The notes under the pieces were generated by a model. That model had not been told where the DNA came from. It was given only the letters and a program-made list of their open reading frames with translations, and made no database searches. This document shows, piece after piece, positions 30,624 to 42,296 of a DNA stretch of 64,000 nt; positions within the stretch are counted from its first letter, which is position 1; the number at the start of each line of letters is the position of its first letter. Both the position numbers and the translations under genes were made by a program. The DNA is from an uncultured Planctomycetaceae bacterium. Its GTDB lineage: Bacteria; Planctomycetota; Planctomycetia; Planctomycetales; Planctomycetaceae. The stretch is from contig CAWFGE010000008.1 in assembly GCA_963815195.1 (NCBI GenBank), forward strand, positions 1-64,000, in the 5' to 3' direction.

Positions 30624-32696
30624 ACGGATCGATGAAAGTCAGCACCAGCCATTTGAATCGCCGCGGGATCGTATATCTTCGTCAGAGCACGACGAAGCAG
30701 GTCGAGAAAAACCAAGAGAGTGCCCACAACCAGCGAGCCTTGAAAACCCGGTTGTTGGAGTTGGGGTGGAAGCCGGAACAAGTCAGCATCCTGGAGGATG
30801 ATCAAGGGCAATCGGCCACGCAAACGGCGGGACGCGGGGCCTTTCAACAGATGGTCGCCGACGTCGGCTTGGGTAAGGTCGGCATCATTCTGGGCTATGA
30901 AGTTTCACGGCTTTCCCGCAACGATGTGGATTGGCATCGACTGTTGGAATTGTGTGCGATCTTTGACACACTCATCGGTGATGTGGATGGGTTGTATCAT
31001 CCACGGGATTTCAACGACAGGCTCCTCTTAGGCTTGAAGGGCACGATGTCTTCGGCAGAACTCCATAGCCTCCGATTGCGATTGGACGCGGGTCGATTGT
31101 CGAAGGCCGCGCGGGGCGAGTTGGTGCAAAACTTGCCGACGGGCTTGGTCCGCAATCTGGACAAGGCGGTAATGCTCGATCCCGATCTGAGCATTCAAAA
31201 GCGATTGCATTTGGTGTTCGACAAGTTCGTGGAGTTGGGCACGATTCAAAAAGTCTTGACGTTCCTGGCCAAGAAAAATTTGAAGATTCCCCGGCGCCAA
31301 GTTTCGGGCCTTTATGCGGGCGAAGTGTTTTGGAGAGAAGCCACGGCCGCTTCGTTGGGCTCGATCCTGCATAACCCGGCTTATGCAGGCGCGTTTGCTC
31401 ATGGGCGTCGGCAAGTCAATCCCACGCTACGAATTCCCGGTCGTCCTGCCACGGGTCGCACGCGCCGGCCCCAAGCGGAATGGTCGGTCTTAATTCCCGG
31501 CATCTACCCGGCCTATATCAGTTGGGAGCAGTACGAAGACAACCAACGCCGAATCGCTCAAAACAACCTCCGCATCCAACAACGACTCGCCGCCAAGCAA
31601 GCCATCCGCAACGGCTGCGCGTTGTTAACGGGCTTATTGCGCTGCGGAAAATGCGGTCGAACGATGGGAGTGAATTACAAGGAGAACCGCTTTCAATACT
31701 CATGCAATTCTGGCTATCGGCATTACGCCCAACGATCCTGCCAGTACTTGGGCGGCAACAAGATCGACGAGGCGGTGACGGAAGCTTTCTTTGAAGTGCT
31801 GCGGCCTGCCGAGATCGATGTGTTGGAGAAACTCTCCGCCGAAAGGGCTCGCACGCATGCGGACGTGGTTCGGCATTTGGAGCAAGACGTCGGGCGACTT
31901 GCAATACGCCGCCCATCGGGCCGAGCAACAATACGACTGTGTCGATCCCAAGAACCGTTTGATTGCGGCCAGTCTGGAAGAGAAATGGGAATCGGCTTTG
32001 TTGGCGCAAAAGCAAGCCGAAGAAAACCTGGCGGATGCCCGCCGAGAAATTCCCCAACCGATCCGCGTACCAAAGTCCTTGCGAGACGCCTTCGCGGATG
32101 TCGGGCGGCAGCTTCCCGAACTCTGGCCCGAGTTGTCTTGGGAGGCGAAGAAGTCGTTGTTGCGGACGATGATTACGGGAGTCAATCTTCACCGGCAATC
32201 GGATGGGCTGGTGCAAATTCGCATGGTCTGGGCCGGCGGTTCGGTGACCGAAACGTCGGCTCTCCTACGGCGTTTTTCAATGAAACACACGGACTTGGAA
32301 GAGCACATCGTGGAACGCATCCGGCAAGAAACCAGCGAAGGCCGGTCGAGTGAAATGATCGCGGCGGATCTCAATCGCGAAGGCCATCATCCCTGTCGTG
32401 GCGAACAATTCACCTCGCAAATCGTGAACAAGTTAAGACATCGCTACCGGATCAAAAGCCCGCGTGCAAAGAACCTGCCCCATGCCTGGACCGCCGCGGA
32501 AATGGCTCAGGAAATCGGGCGCAACATATCCTGGATGTATCATAAAATTGAGCAAAGACAGATCGTGGTTTCTGTCGATCCAATTTATCGGTGCTATCTG
32601 TTTCCCAAAACTGAGGAGGTTAAAGACGCCATGCTAAAACTCAAAAATCACGAAACCGAGCAAATCACTATCCCAAGGGGGCACAACAATGGCTGA
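30620..32696 (+). CDS. Large serine recombinase with one frameshift at ~31900
   Basis: VYLRQST catalytic Ser, DDQGQS, EVSRLSR, ILHNPAYAG, CGKCG zinc ribbon; C-terminal part in ORF 31791-32696. Confidence 0.9.
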
Positions 32697-33257
32697 GTCA
32701 AAACTCATATCAGCATTGGATTGGGCCTGGCCGCGTGCCGAGCGGGTTATAAGACCAAGTTCTTCACCGCCGCGGCTTTGGTGAATCGCCTGGAAGAAGC
32801 TCAGAAACATTACACCTTGGAGCGGTTGTTGAACCAACTCGACAAGCTCGATTTGTTGATCGTGGATGAACTGGGTTACTTGTCGTTCAACCGGTCGGGA
32901 GCAGAGTTGTTGTTCCAGGTCTTCGCGGATCGCTACGAACGCAAGAGCCTGCTGATCACGAGCAACCTGGCCTTTAGCGATTGGGGGCAAATCTTCCAAG
33001 GCGAACGCATGACCGCGGCATTACTGGACCGCATCACGCACCATTGCCACATCTTCGAGATGAACGGCGAAAGCTACCGCTTCAAACAGTCGATGAAAGA
33101 CAAAAAAGCGTCCGAAAACAAGAAGCCGAAAACCCGCTAAGTCGGCTCCGACGACGCCCGTCTTTCCTTCCCAACCTGCCCCATTCCACATCATTCCCCA
33201 CCCCAGGTGGGTCCCATTTCCGCGCCGAAGTGGGTCCCAATTGCACGCCGATCTCCA

Positions 33258-34563
33258 TCCCCGACCATTGCCGCCCATTCCGAGAACGGGTGTCGGGCCT
33301 CATGATCTAGTGGAGAACCGGCATCCTTCCATCGTGCCACCATCCCCCGCAGTTCTGCGGCAATGTGTTCACGGTTTTGAGGCAGAAACTCCAGCTTGGG
33401 ATTCCCAATCGGCGACGTTCTCTCTGAGACGTGCCCCACAGGATCAAGATGGATGGGTAGGCTGCGGTTGAGGATGTCCTCGCTCACAGAACCGAAGTTG
33501 GTTGAGATTGCCAGAACGATGTCGTTCCGGCGTCGAGTGGCCGGGCCAGTGCCGGTCGAGAACAGGAATGGGTGAGGGTCGGTGGCAAACCGCTCGATGA
33601 AGGCCGAAGCGATGGTATTGTCACGCCGGTCGAGACGTGCGTTCTCGATCACCAGAACCCCGGCGTCAGAGTTGTGATTGAGTGCCCCAACGAAGCTCCG
33701 TTCGAGCGCCCAGTTGGTACCCTGATAGCTGATCGAGCATTGCTCGGTCTCGCCCGAGGCGAATGCGATCACGGTGTCTTTTCCAGCATGGCTCTTCGAT
33801 GCCGTGGCGACGATGACCGGCTTTCCTCCCGGCCAGTGGTTGCGGAACAGGACCGTCAGTGCCGCTGCGAACGTATTGGCTCGGTCTGCCTGTGTCTCGA
33901 AGTCCATTACGTCGAGGAAGGCATTGATTCGATCCATCGAGTCGTAGACCTGCGGAGGATCGCCAACGAACAGGTATCGCTGGTCCGGGCCACCATCGTT
34001 GTAGCCCGGCTCTGTCAGTCGAAAGTCCGGCAGGTAGCGTGCCACCCTGCTGATCTGATCGACGACATCGAACTGCGACAGGAAAGCATCTGTCTTCAGC
34101 ATGGCGTTCATGTGCGCTGCTGAGAGCTTGCTGCCTTTGGGTTTGCCGTCGAGGTAGATGGTCAAAGCGACTCGATCCACAATCACCGGCGCAAGGTCAG
34201 CCGCCGTCGTGATTGACTTGGTTGATCCATCGGGACGCACGTGAAGCAATCCGCCGTCGTGACCCGAACGGCAGAAGAGATCACCGAACTTGCAAAGCGA
34301 TGCTCCAAGCTTGCGATAATTCTTGGCTGCCGGATCACCCTCATCCCAAGACAGTTCAGGGATTTTCGGAGGCTGTTCTCTCTATTGGTAACCCGGCGCA
34401 CCCGGCACAGCAGGCACGACAGATGGCTTTGTTGGCACTGAAAGTCGCTGGAAGGGCATGGAGCATTTGGCCCGCTACGCGGGCCAAATGCGGCCCTCAC
34501 TGCGACCTCCTGCTGCCACTCACAGCCGTCAGATATGCCGCCAACAACGTCATGGTTGCTCAT
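33258..34563 (-). pseudogene. Phage/plasmid primase-associated P-loop protein, 3'-truncated by IS21
   Basis: KSHAGKDT P-loop-like, ISTN, RSLPIHL; protein-like sequence stops at the IS end; frame break near 34385. Confidence 0.5.
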
Positions 34564-34846
34564 CGGTTTCTTCCTCGCCTGTGATGGCGTCGTCGCCGTC
34601 CTTCACCGAAATGTCGAATGACAGCGAGTCCCGCTTTTCAATGAAGGCGAGGTACTCCGTCAGAAAATCGACGATGTTGTCTGGCTCCACCTCGCATTGA
34701 AGTGCGGAGTAGAACCCATCGCTGTTCCTTACTTTCCCGTTCACTCGAAACTTCGAAGCCGATGCCAGATGCTCGACGTTGGCAACGAAACGAAGCCAGT
34801 CATGGACCGCCTCGGCAGTTCGCAATTTGCATTGAATGTGTTTCAT
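34550..34846 (-). CDS. Hypothetical protein
   Basis: 98-aa ORF overlapping both neighbours in operon fashion. Confidence 0.6.
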   Translation of the reverse strand: MKHIQCKLRTAEAVHDWLRFVANVEHLASASKFRVNGKVRNSDGFYSALQCEVEPDNIVDFLTEYLAFIEKRDSLSFDISVKDGDDAITGEEETDEQP

Positions 34847-35727
34847 GTGAGGCCCCCCAGCGCTTCAATTCTGTCGATCACCTGTTGAGGCACATCCTGC
34901 GTCTCTCCGTCAATGTCGGTCAGCGTCATTACGGCTGTGCCGAAAACGTGAAGTCCAACCATCGCCGATGCTCGCCGATTCAGTGGAAGTCCCTCAATTC
35001 GTCCGCTGTCGTGAACGTAGAATCCAAGTCCCTGCCCCTTTCTGAGAGAGATGCGTTCGATGAGGCCGCCGACCGCCTTCTGGTAGTCATCCAGCCCAGA
35101 CATCAATCGCACTTCTGCGCCACCATTCGTGTCAAAGACGATTGTTTTCACTGCCCTTTCTTTCCTCACCATTCGTTCTGGGCAATGCGGATTCGTCCCA
35201 AACTCTGAGAGCGGAGTTCCGCCCGGTACGGACTGGAAGATGAACATTTCCGCTGGGGTCTCTTTCCAGACGAGGAACTGTCCCTTCCGCTGGCCGCATT
35301 CAGGGCATGTGAGAGTTCGAGCGGAATGGTCCTCCGGCCTATGAGTGCAAACGACGAAGTGCAGGGAGCATCTCATGCACTTCGCCTTCACCTTCACGAA
35401 CGTGGACTGGTCTTCGTCGATCTCGTGCCACTCCTTGACGACCACTCGAAGATCGTCACGCTCCTTTTCCAGCTTCGCTTTGCCCTTCTCCAGTTCAGCG
35501 ATCTGGTCATGAAGCCGAGTCAGCGGCTTGAGACTCTCGATCTGCCCATCTTTGGAAGCGACTGTTCGCTCCAACTCGTCGATGCGTCTGGACAGGCTTG
35601 CCTTCTCACGTCGAAGCTCGCCCGAAAACCGCTCGACCTGCGACAGGAGCAAAAGTTCGTCCTTTCCCCCTTGGCAAGCTTCACGAAGGTCTGCCATTGC
35701 CTGCTTGAATTGCGTCTTGTCTGCCAT
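34843..35727 (-). CDS. Coiled-coil + Zn-ribbon + DUF3846-like protein, possibly two fused ORFs
   Basis: CMRC..CPEC; C-terminal YQKAVGGLIE..G...GLPLNRRAS..FG pattern; GGGGAG RBS. Confidence 0.6.
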   Translation of the reverse strand: MADKTQFKQAMADLREACQGGKDELLLLSQVERFSGELRREKASLSRRIDELERTVASKDGQIESLKPLTRLHDQIAELEKGKAKLEKERDDLRVVVKEWHEIDEDQSTFVKVKAKCMRCSLHFVVCTHRPEDHSARTLTCPECGQRKGQFLVWKETPAEMFIFQSVPGGTPLSEFGTNPHCPERMVRKERAVKTIVFDTNGGAEVRLMSGLDDYQKAVGGLIERISLRKGQGLGFYVHDSGRIEGLPLNRRASAMVGLHVFGTAVMTLTDIDGETQDVPQQVIDRIEALGGLT

Positions 35728-35932
35728 TGTGTTTCTCCCCTTGGCTTGGAATGAGTTGGAGCAGCGACGTGCTTGCTCCTCACGAGTCAAAGGGCGAACT
35801 GGCAATTCGGTTGACGAATTGGGAATTCGTCTGTTTTCGACGGCTGAATTCGGGCGACGAATTCGGCAATTCGCCCTCTTCTAAATGAGGGCCGTTATGA
35901 GTGATTGACCACAGACAGCAGGAGGAAGAACG

Positions 35933-36364
35933 ATGAATCCAGTAATTGATTATTTCGCATGTTTGCTTGACCACTATGCGCAAACCGGAGAATGCCCACC
36001 TAACGACGTGGGAACAATCGGTGCTGCTATTGAGTTTGAGAATTGGGAGTCACCGCATCTTGCTTTTCTTTGCAACTGTATGCGGGATCGCTACTCGGAT
36101 GAAAAACTGCATGAAGCACGGGAATTTGTTCTGCCTCGAACAGCAGACGACACCGTTGATTGGGAAGCCATTGAGAAAGAAGTGGAGGCGGCATCACTGC
36201 CTGACGCCCACATGTCGATGTGCCTCAGCCTAAGAGCCGACAACTTGGGCGACCTGATCGAACGACTTCGTGAACTTCGAGAGGAAACTCGTCTATGTGA
36301 CGAGGCATTGACCCTGCTGATCGAAAAGTATGGACCAGATGCTTTCACAGAGAGAATCGTTTGA
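35933..36364 (+). CDS. Hypothetical acidic protein
   Basis: AGGAGG RBS; 143-aa ORF divergent from the previous operon. Confidence 0.6.
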   Translation: MNPVIDYFACLLDHYAQTGECPPNDVGTIGAAIEFENWESPHLAFLCNCMRDRYSDEKLHEAREFVLPRTADDTVDWEAIEKEVEAASLPDAHMSMCLSLRADNLGDLIERLRELREETRLCDEALTLLIEKYGPDAFTERIV

Positions 36365-36395
36365 CATCCAAAACATGCCGACGAGGAGCGAGGCA

Positions 36396-37541
36396 TCACG
36401 CCGCCATCACCAGCCGCACCACATCGCCATCCCACTCGGCGACGGAGGCGAGGAAAAGTTCAACTGGGCTTCTGAACTCTCGACTTTTTTCAGAAACAAG
36501 CCCTTCGGCGAGAACTTCGAATGGCTTTCTCATTGTGGGGACAAGAGTTACGTCGTCGAGCGAGCAGTTCAAAAACACGATTTCGAGGATACGGCGCTTT
36601 GCGGCGTAGTCGGCGGTAAGCCATTGGCTACGAAGGGTTTGCGAAAGTTCAAAAACTTTCGAGGCCAACTCGGCCGTTTCGTCGTGCGAGCGATCCAACA
36701 CATCCAATTGCAGCTTGATTGATGCCAGCCGGTCTCGTAGCTCTGTGTGCTTGCGGGCGAACGTCTCCTGATCAATGTCTTCTGCCAGACGCATGTTGAG
36801 CAGCCGGTCCTGCTGTTGGACGAGCAGCGTTTCCTGACGCTGTAGCTCGCCGCGTTGTGCAAAGGACTCGGCCTGGGCGTCCCGCGTCTGCGAGGCAAGC
36901 ACGAGGCGGAACCAGTCCCGCACGTCCTCGTTTTCGGCCTTCATCTTGTCGAAGATCGCCAGCACCTGCTGTTCGAGGTCGGCTTCACGCACGCGGATGC
37001 GAGGGTGATCCTTGCGGTTGTAATAGGTGCAGCGGTAGTACGTGTAGTACCGCTCCCCGTTCTTGCTCTTCTTCGTGATCGTCTCACCGGTAATCGGGTG
37101 CCCGCAGTGGCCGCACTGGATGAGTTGGCTGGCGTAGGTGTGCGCCTGAGACTGATAGACATGCCCGCCAAGCAGGGCCTGCACCCGGTTCCAGGTCGCC
37201 CGGTCCACCAGCGGCTCATGTTTGCCCGGATACCACTCGCCCTTGTGCGAAATCTCGCCGATATAGGCCCGATCCTTGAGGATGTTATGAACGGAGCTTC
37301 GCGGAAACGTCGGCTGTGACTTCCGCCAGATACGTCCCTCTCCGTTGATCCGCTCGACTACGCCGTCAATCGTCAGGTTTTCGTAGGCGTAGAGTTGAAA
37401 GATGCGTTTGACGTTGGCGGCCTGTTCCGCGTCCGTTTCAATGATGCCCCGGCCGTCCTTACGGATGTTGCGATAGCCGTAGGGAGCCAAGCCAATCAAC
37501 CAACCCTCGCGGACGCGACGGGAAAGTCCTTCGCGAACGTC
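36396..37541 (-). pseudogene. Large serine recombinase lacking its catalytic N-terminus
   Basis: DVREGLSRRVREGWLIGLAPYGY, ILKDRAYIG, CGHCG zinc ribbon, coiled coil; homology ends at 37541. Confidence 0.85.
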
Positions 37542-40500
37542 ATGACCGGCAGGCGCATGGCCACCCTCCTTGAACTACGTGACCGCGCACGCCGCGTCCT
37601 GCAATCGCAGAACGAGGGCTGGCCCGATGAGAACCGTGACCAGGCCAGACGCGAATTGAACCGGACGTATGACCGCTTCGTCGCCGCCTACGGCCCGATC
37701 AACAAGACTACCTTCGGCGAAACCAAAGATGGCAGCATCATCCGCCGCATGCCCAACCTGGTGAAATTCAGGGAAGACCCGGACGCCATGCTCGTCATGT
37801 CGCTGGAAGACTATGACGAGGTGACCGGCAAGGCGGCCAAAAGCCGCCATCATGGAACGCGACGTGGTGGGCCGGCACGCCCCCATCACCCAGGTCCGCA
37901 GCGCCGAGGAAGGCTTGCTGGTGTCACTCAACCAGCATGGCTGCGTCTATCCCGACTATATCGCCACGCTCTACGGCAAACCGGAAGAGCAGGTCATCGA
38001 GGAACTCGGCGATCTGATCTTCAACGACCCACAAACCGGCAAGTGGGAAACGGCCGATGCCTACCTGTCCGGCAATGTCCGCGACAAACTCGCAGCCGCC
38101 AGGCGGGCCGGGCCGGAATTAGCCCGCAATGTCAGGAGTCTGGAGGCCGTCCAGCCCGAGGACGTGCTGCCGGGCGACATCGACGCCAATCTCGGCGCTC
38201 CGTGGATACCGGCCAGCGACATCCAGGCATTCGCCGCCGAACTGTTCAAGGTCAGCCCATCGTCGGTGCCGGTGTCACACCTCAAGAAAGATGCCGTCTG
38301 GAGTCTGGAGTCTGGTTCCCGATTACGCCGCCAAGGTCTCGGTCGCCGCCACTTCCGACTTCGGCACGCAGCGGGCCAACGGCAACTGGCTGCTCGAACT
38401 GGCGCTGAACATGAAGTCGCCGACCATCTACGACACCATCGACCACGGCGACCGCGAGGAGCGCGTCGTCAACCAGGAAGAGACGATGGCCGCCCGCGAG
38501 AAACAGAAGCTCATCAAGGAGCGGTTCCGCGCCTGGGTCTTTTCCGATCCCGACCGCACCGAGCGGTTGGTTCGCATCTATAACGACACCTACAACAATC
38601 TGCGGCCGCGCCTGTTCGACGGCTCGCATCTCGATTTCCCCGGCATGAACGATGCCCTGACGCTCCGCCCGCATCAGAAGGATGCCGTCTGGCGGGGCAT
38701 GAGTTCGCGGCAACACATTGCTCGCCCATGTCGTCGGGGCCGGCAAGACGTTCACGATGGCCGCCACCGGCATGAAGATGAAGCAGGCCGGCCTCGTCAA
38801 AAAACCGATGTACGTCGTCCCCAATCACCTGCTGGAGCAGTTCGCCCGCGAATTCATGCAGCTCTACCCGAACGCCCGGCTGCTGGTCGCCTCCAAGGAA
38901 GACCTGTCCCGCGACCGCCGCAAGTTCCTGACCGCCAAGATCGCCAGCGGCGACTGGGACGGCATCATCGTGACGCATTCCTCGTTCGAGCGGATCGGCA
39001 TGTCGAACGACTACCAGGAACGCTTCCTGCGCGAGCAGATCGAGGAATATGACCAACTGCTGATCGAACATGCCGCCGAACGCGGTTCAAACCGCAATGT
39101 CATCAAGACCATCGAGAAACAAAAGGCCGCCCGCGAGGAGAAACTCAAAAACCTGCTTGCCAGCGACAAGAAGGACAACGGCCTTGTCTTCGACGAACTC
39201 GGCGTCGATCACGTCTTCATCGACGAAGCCCATTACTTCAAGAACCTGGAGACGCCGACCAAGATGGATCGCGTCGCCGGCATCCAGACCGGCGGATCGG
39301 AACGCGCCTTCGACGTTTACATGAAGGCCCGCTATCTTGAGCGACCTGCATCCCGGCCACGGCGTGACGTTTGCCACCGGCACGCCGATCTCCAACACGA
39401 TGGTCGAGATGTACACGATGCAGCGCTTCCTCGACCCCGAGGGCCTCAAGAGCCGGGGCATCGAACATTTCGACGCCTGGGCCGCCACCTTCGGCGAAGT
39501 CGTGGACACGATGGAGATTTCTCCCGACGGCGCGGGCCTGCGTCCACGTTCCCGCTTCGCGAAATTCACCAACCTGCCGGAACTCCAGCAGATGTTCCGG
39601 GCGTTTTCCGACGTGCAGACCGCCGAGATGCTCAACCTGCCCTGCCCGAAACTCCAGGGCGGCAAGCCGATCATCGTCGCCTCGCCGATGTCGGATGACC
39701 AGGAGGCGCTGCAACAGGAACTGGTGGAACGCTACGAACGCTTGCGCTCCCAGAAGATCGACCCGCGCGTCGATAATGCTCTGGCGATTACCACCGACGG
39801 CCGCAAGCTGGCCACCGATGCCCGCATGCTGGACGCCGCCGCCGCCGACTTCCCCGAATCGAAGGTCAATAAGCTGGTCGATAACGTCCACGCCATCTGG
39901 GAGCGGACAAAACCGACGCGCGGTACGCAGATGATCTTCGCCGACATGGGCGTGCAACCCGACCACGTGGGGCTATTCGCCCTACCAGGAGATCATCCGC
40001 AAGCTCGTCGCCCAGGGCATCCCGCGTGACCAGATCGCCAGTATCGGCGAGGCCGAATCCGACGCCAAGAAACAGGCACTCTTCGAAAAGGTTCGCCAGG
40101 GATCGGTGCGCGTGCTGATCGGCAGCACCCAGAAGATGGGCACCGGCACCAACGTCCAGAAACGCCTGGTCGCCCTGCATCACCTCGATGCACCCTGGAA
40201 ACCGGCTGAAGTCGAGCAACGCGACGGCCGCATCCTGCGCCAGGGCAATCAGAACAAGGAAGTGGCCATTTACCGCTACGTCACCGAAGGTTCCTTCGAT
40301 GCCTATATGTGGCAAGCACTGGAAACCAAGGCCCGGTTCATCGGGCAGGTCATGACCGGCGACAACGCCTCCCGCCGCGCCGAGGACATCGGCGGTCAGG
40401 AACTCTCCTACGCCGAGGTCAAGGCCATCGCCTCCGGCAATCCGGCCGTGCTCACGCTCGCCGAGGCCGACGCTGAATTGCAACGCCTGGCACTCCTCAA

Positions 40501-41353
40501 GAAAAACCATCTCGACGAACAATACGTTGCTCGCCGCAGCGTCCGCGACCTGCCGGGCAAAATCGAAAGCATGAATGAACGGCTGGCGAAGCTCACCGCC
40601 GACGAGGCGACCGCCACGCAGCACGCGGATGACCGGATCGCCATCGGAAAGCATCCGCTGGCCCGCGGAGCCTCGCATGTACGCGAACCGACGCGGATTC
40701 CCATCGGCACCTATCGCGGCCTGACCTTCGGCGTGATCGTCAATCCGAGCTTTCCACCGGACGTGTATCTCGAAGGAGCGATGACCCGCCTGTTGGGCCT
40801 GTCGAAGGAGCACCAGGGGCCAAGGGCCGTGCTCAATGCCCTGGAACGCATCGTCACCGGCTACGCCGCTGAAACCCTCCGCGTCCGCCAAGACCTCGCC
40901 ATCTGCGAATCGCAGCTACGCGATTACCAGGATCGCCTGGGTGCGGCCTTCGCACACGAAGCGTATCAGTGCGAACTGACAGCGCTTCGTGATGCCCTGA
41001 AAGCCGGGCTTTCGGGACGGCAGGACGAGTCAAAACCGGGCGAAGAGCCGACCGCTTCCGAACTGGCTGACCGCATCAAGGCCCTCAACGCCGCAAACAC
41101 TATCGAGACCGCCGCACCGCGCGGCGAACGCAAGCAGTTCGCCGCCGAGGAACCTGTCACGTCCCGTATTCGCCGCCGACAGGAGGCACATCCCGAGACC
41201 GATCACACCGGTGAGCACGTTGCATCGCCGGACGAACCGAATTCACCGCTTGGCTACGCCGAGGCGAGCAGCACGCCGCCGATGACATTCCAGGAACGCA
41301 TCGACCTGGAACGCAAGCGGAAAGCCGAGGGCGAGGGCCAAAGTCCCGTTTGA
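37542..41353 (+). pseudogene. DarB-like SNF2/DEAH helicase, 5'-truncated, about five frameshifts
   Basis: YLSGNVR, LGAPWIP, AHVVGAGKT, DEAH, ATGTPISN, GTGTNVQ, EQRDGRILRQGN across consecutive frames. Confidence 0.88.
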
Positions 41354-41621
41354 CGAGCGGCTGTGTCAGTGCGGGTGAAATCCTACCTGCCCCCGGCCAC
41401 CATCCGGGGGCGGGACCAGAAGGCCCAACTTCCGTGAATTCCATCGGCTACGCACGTCCCTCACGCGATAACTCTCGACGCAACTTCAATATGAATTCGA
41501 GTTTATCTTGCCTTCCGCAACTTCTTCTTGCAGCGCGGAAGTCCGATAATGATCATCAGGGAACATCGTTTCGTCAACGACTTGCAGTCTGGGCGATCCA
41601 AAGTGACTGGGTGTCTTGTCA

Positions 41622-42296
41622 ATGCCGCGGATTCTTGTGATCGAAGACCAGCCGAACTTGCTGCGGAGCATCGCCCGGACGCTGCAAGAATCCGGGTTTG
41701 ATGTCCAGATGGCCGGCTCGCTGCAGGCGGCCCGGCCGTTGATTTCGCCGGACGTTGATGTAGTGATTCTCGATTTGATGCTGCCGGACGGGAACGGTCT
41801 GGAGCTGCTGGCCGAGTTGCGGGCGGTCAGCCGCCGGCCCCCTGTGCTCGTGCTGACGGCGCGGGATGCCGTCTCGGACCGCGTGGCCGGATTGGATGCG
41901 GGAGCCGACGATTACCTCGTTAAACCCTTCGCATTCGATGAACTGCTGGCGAGGATTCGCGTGCTCTTGCGGCGAGACGACAGCGAACGGAAGACGGTGC
42001 TCGCGCTGGGCGACCTGCACGTTGATCTTTTGTCGCGCACGGCCCGCCGGGGAAGTCACGAACTGGATCTTCAAAATCGACAATTCGAACTCTTGGTGTT
42101 TTTGATGCGGCACGCGAACCAGGTCGTCACGCGGGAAACGCTCGCCGAGGCGGTCTGGAAGGAAGAGACGGCCACTTGGACCAATGTGATCGCGGTCCAC
42201 ATCAATCAACTGCGGAAAAAACTCGAAATTTCCGGACAACCCCCGATCCTACACACAATTCGGGGACAGGGGTATTTATTGGGAGACGCTCCATGA
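41622..42296 (+). CDS. OmpR-family response regulator
   Basis: VIED, DLMLP, LTA, GADDYLVKPF, winged helix HINQLRKK..TIRGQGY. Confidence 0.93.
   Translation: MPRILVIEDQPNLLRSIARTLQESGFDVQMAGSLQAARPLISPDVDVVILDLMLPDGNGLELLAELRAVSRRPPVLVLTARDAVSDRVAGLDAGADDYLVKPFAFDELLARIRVLLRRDDSERKTVLALGDLHVDLLSRTARRGSHELDLQNRQFELLVFLMRHANQVVTRETLAEAVWKEETATWTNVIAVHINQLRKKLEISGQPPILHTIRGQGYLLGDAP

Larger units (their letters stand above)
30223..32701 (+). mobile_element. Large-serine-recombinase element inserted in istB
   Basis: Bounded by a shared AA dinucleotide (30221-22 / 32700-01); recombinase stop codon lies 3 bp before the right core. Confidence 0.9.
29864..33140 (+). pseudogene. istB: IstB AAA+ ATPase interrupted in Walker A (parts 29864-30222 and 32702-33140)
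   Basis: LKQLRLP...GQPGTGK | THISIGLG...LLIVDELGY..ITSNL..ALLDRITHH..GESYR; joined length 798 nt, in frame. Confidence 0.93.
28205..33257 (+). mobile_element. IS21-family insertion sequence containing a nested element
   Basis: Terminal IRs TGGAGATCGGCGTGCAATTGGGACCCACTTCGG at 28205 and its reverse complement ending 33257, with internal gacccac repeats; istA-istB inside. Confidence 0.95.

Noticed and set aside
37542..41353. Intact helicase-based defence or anti-restriction system
   Set aside because: Gene lacks its N-terminal region, has several frameshifts and has no partner genes.
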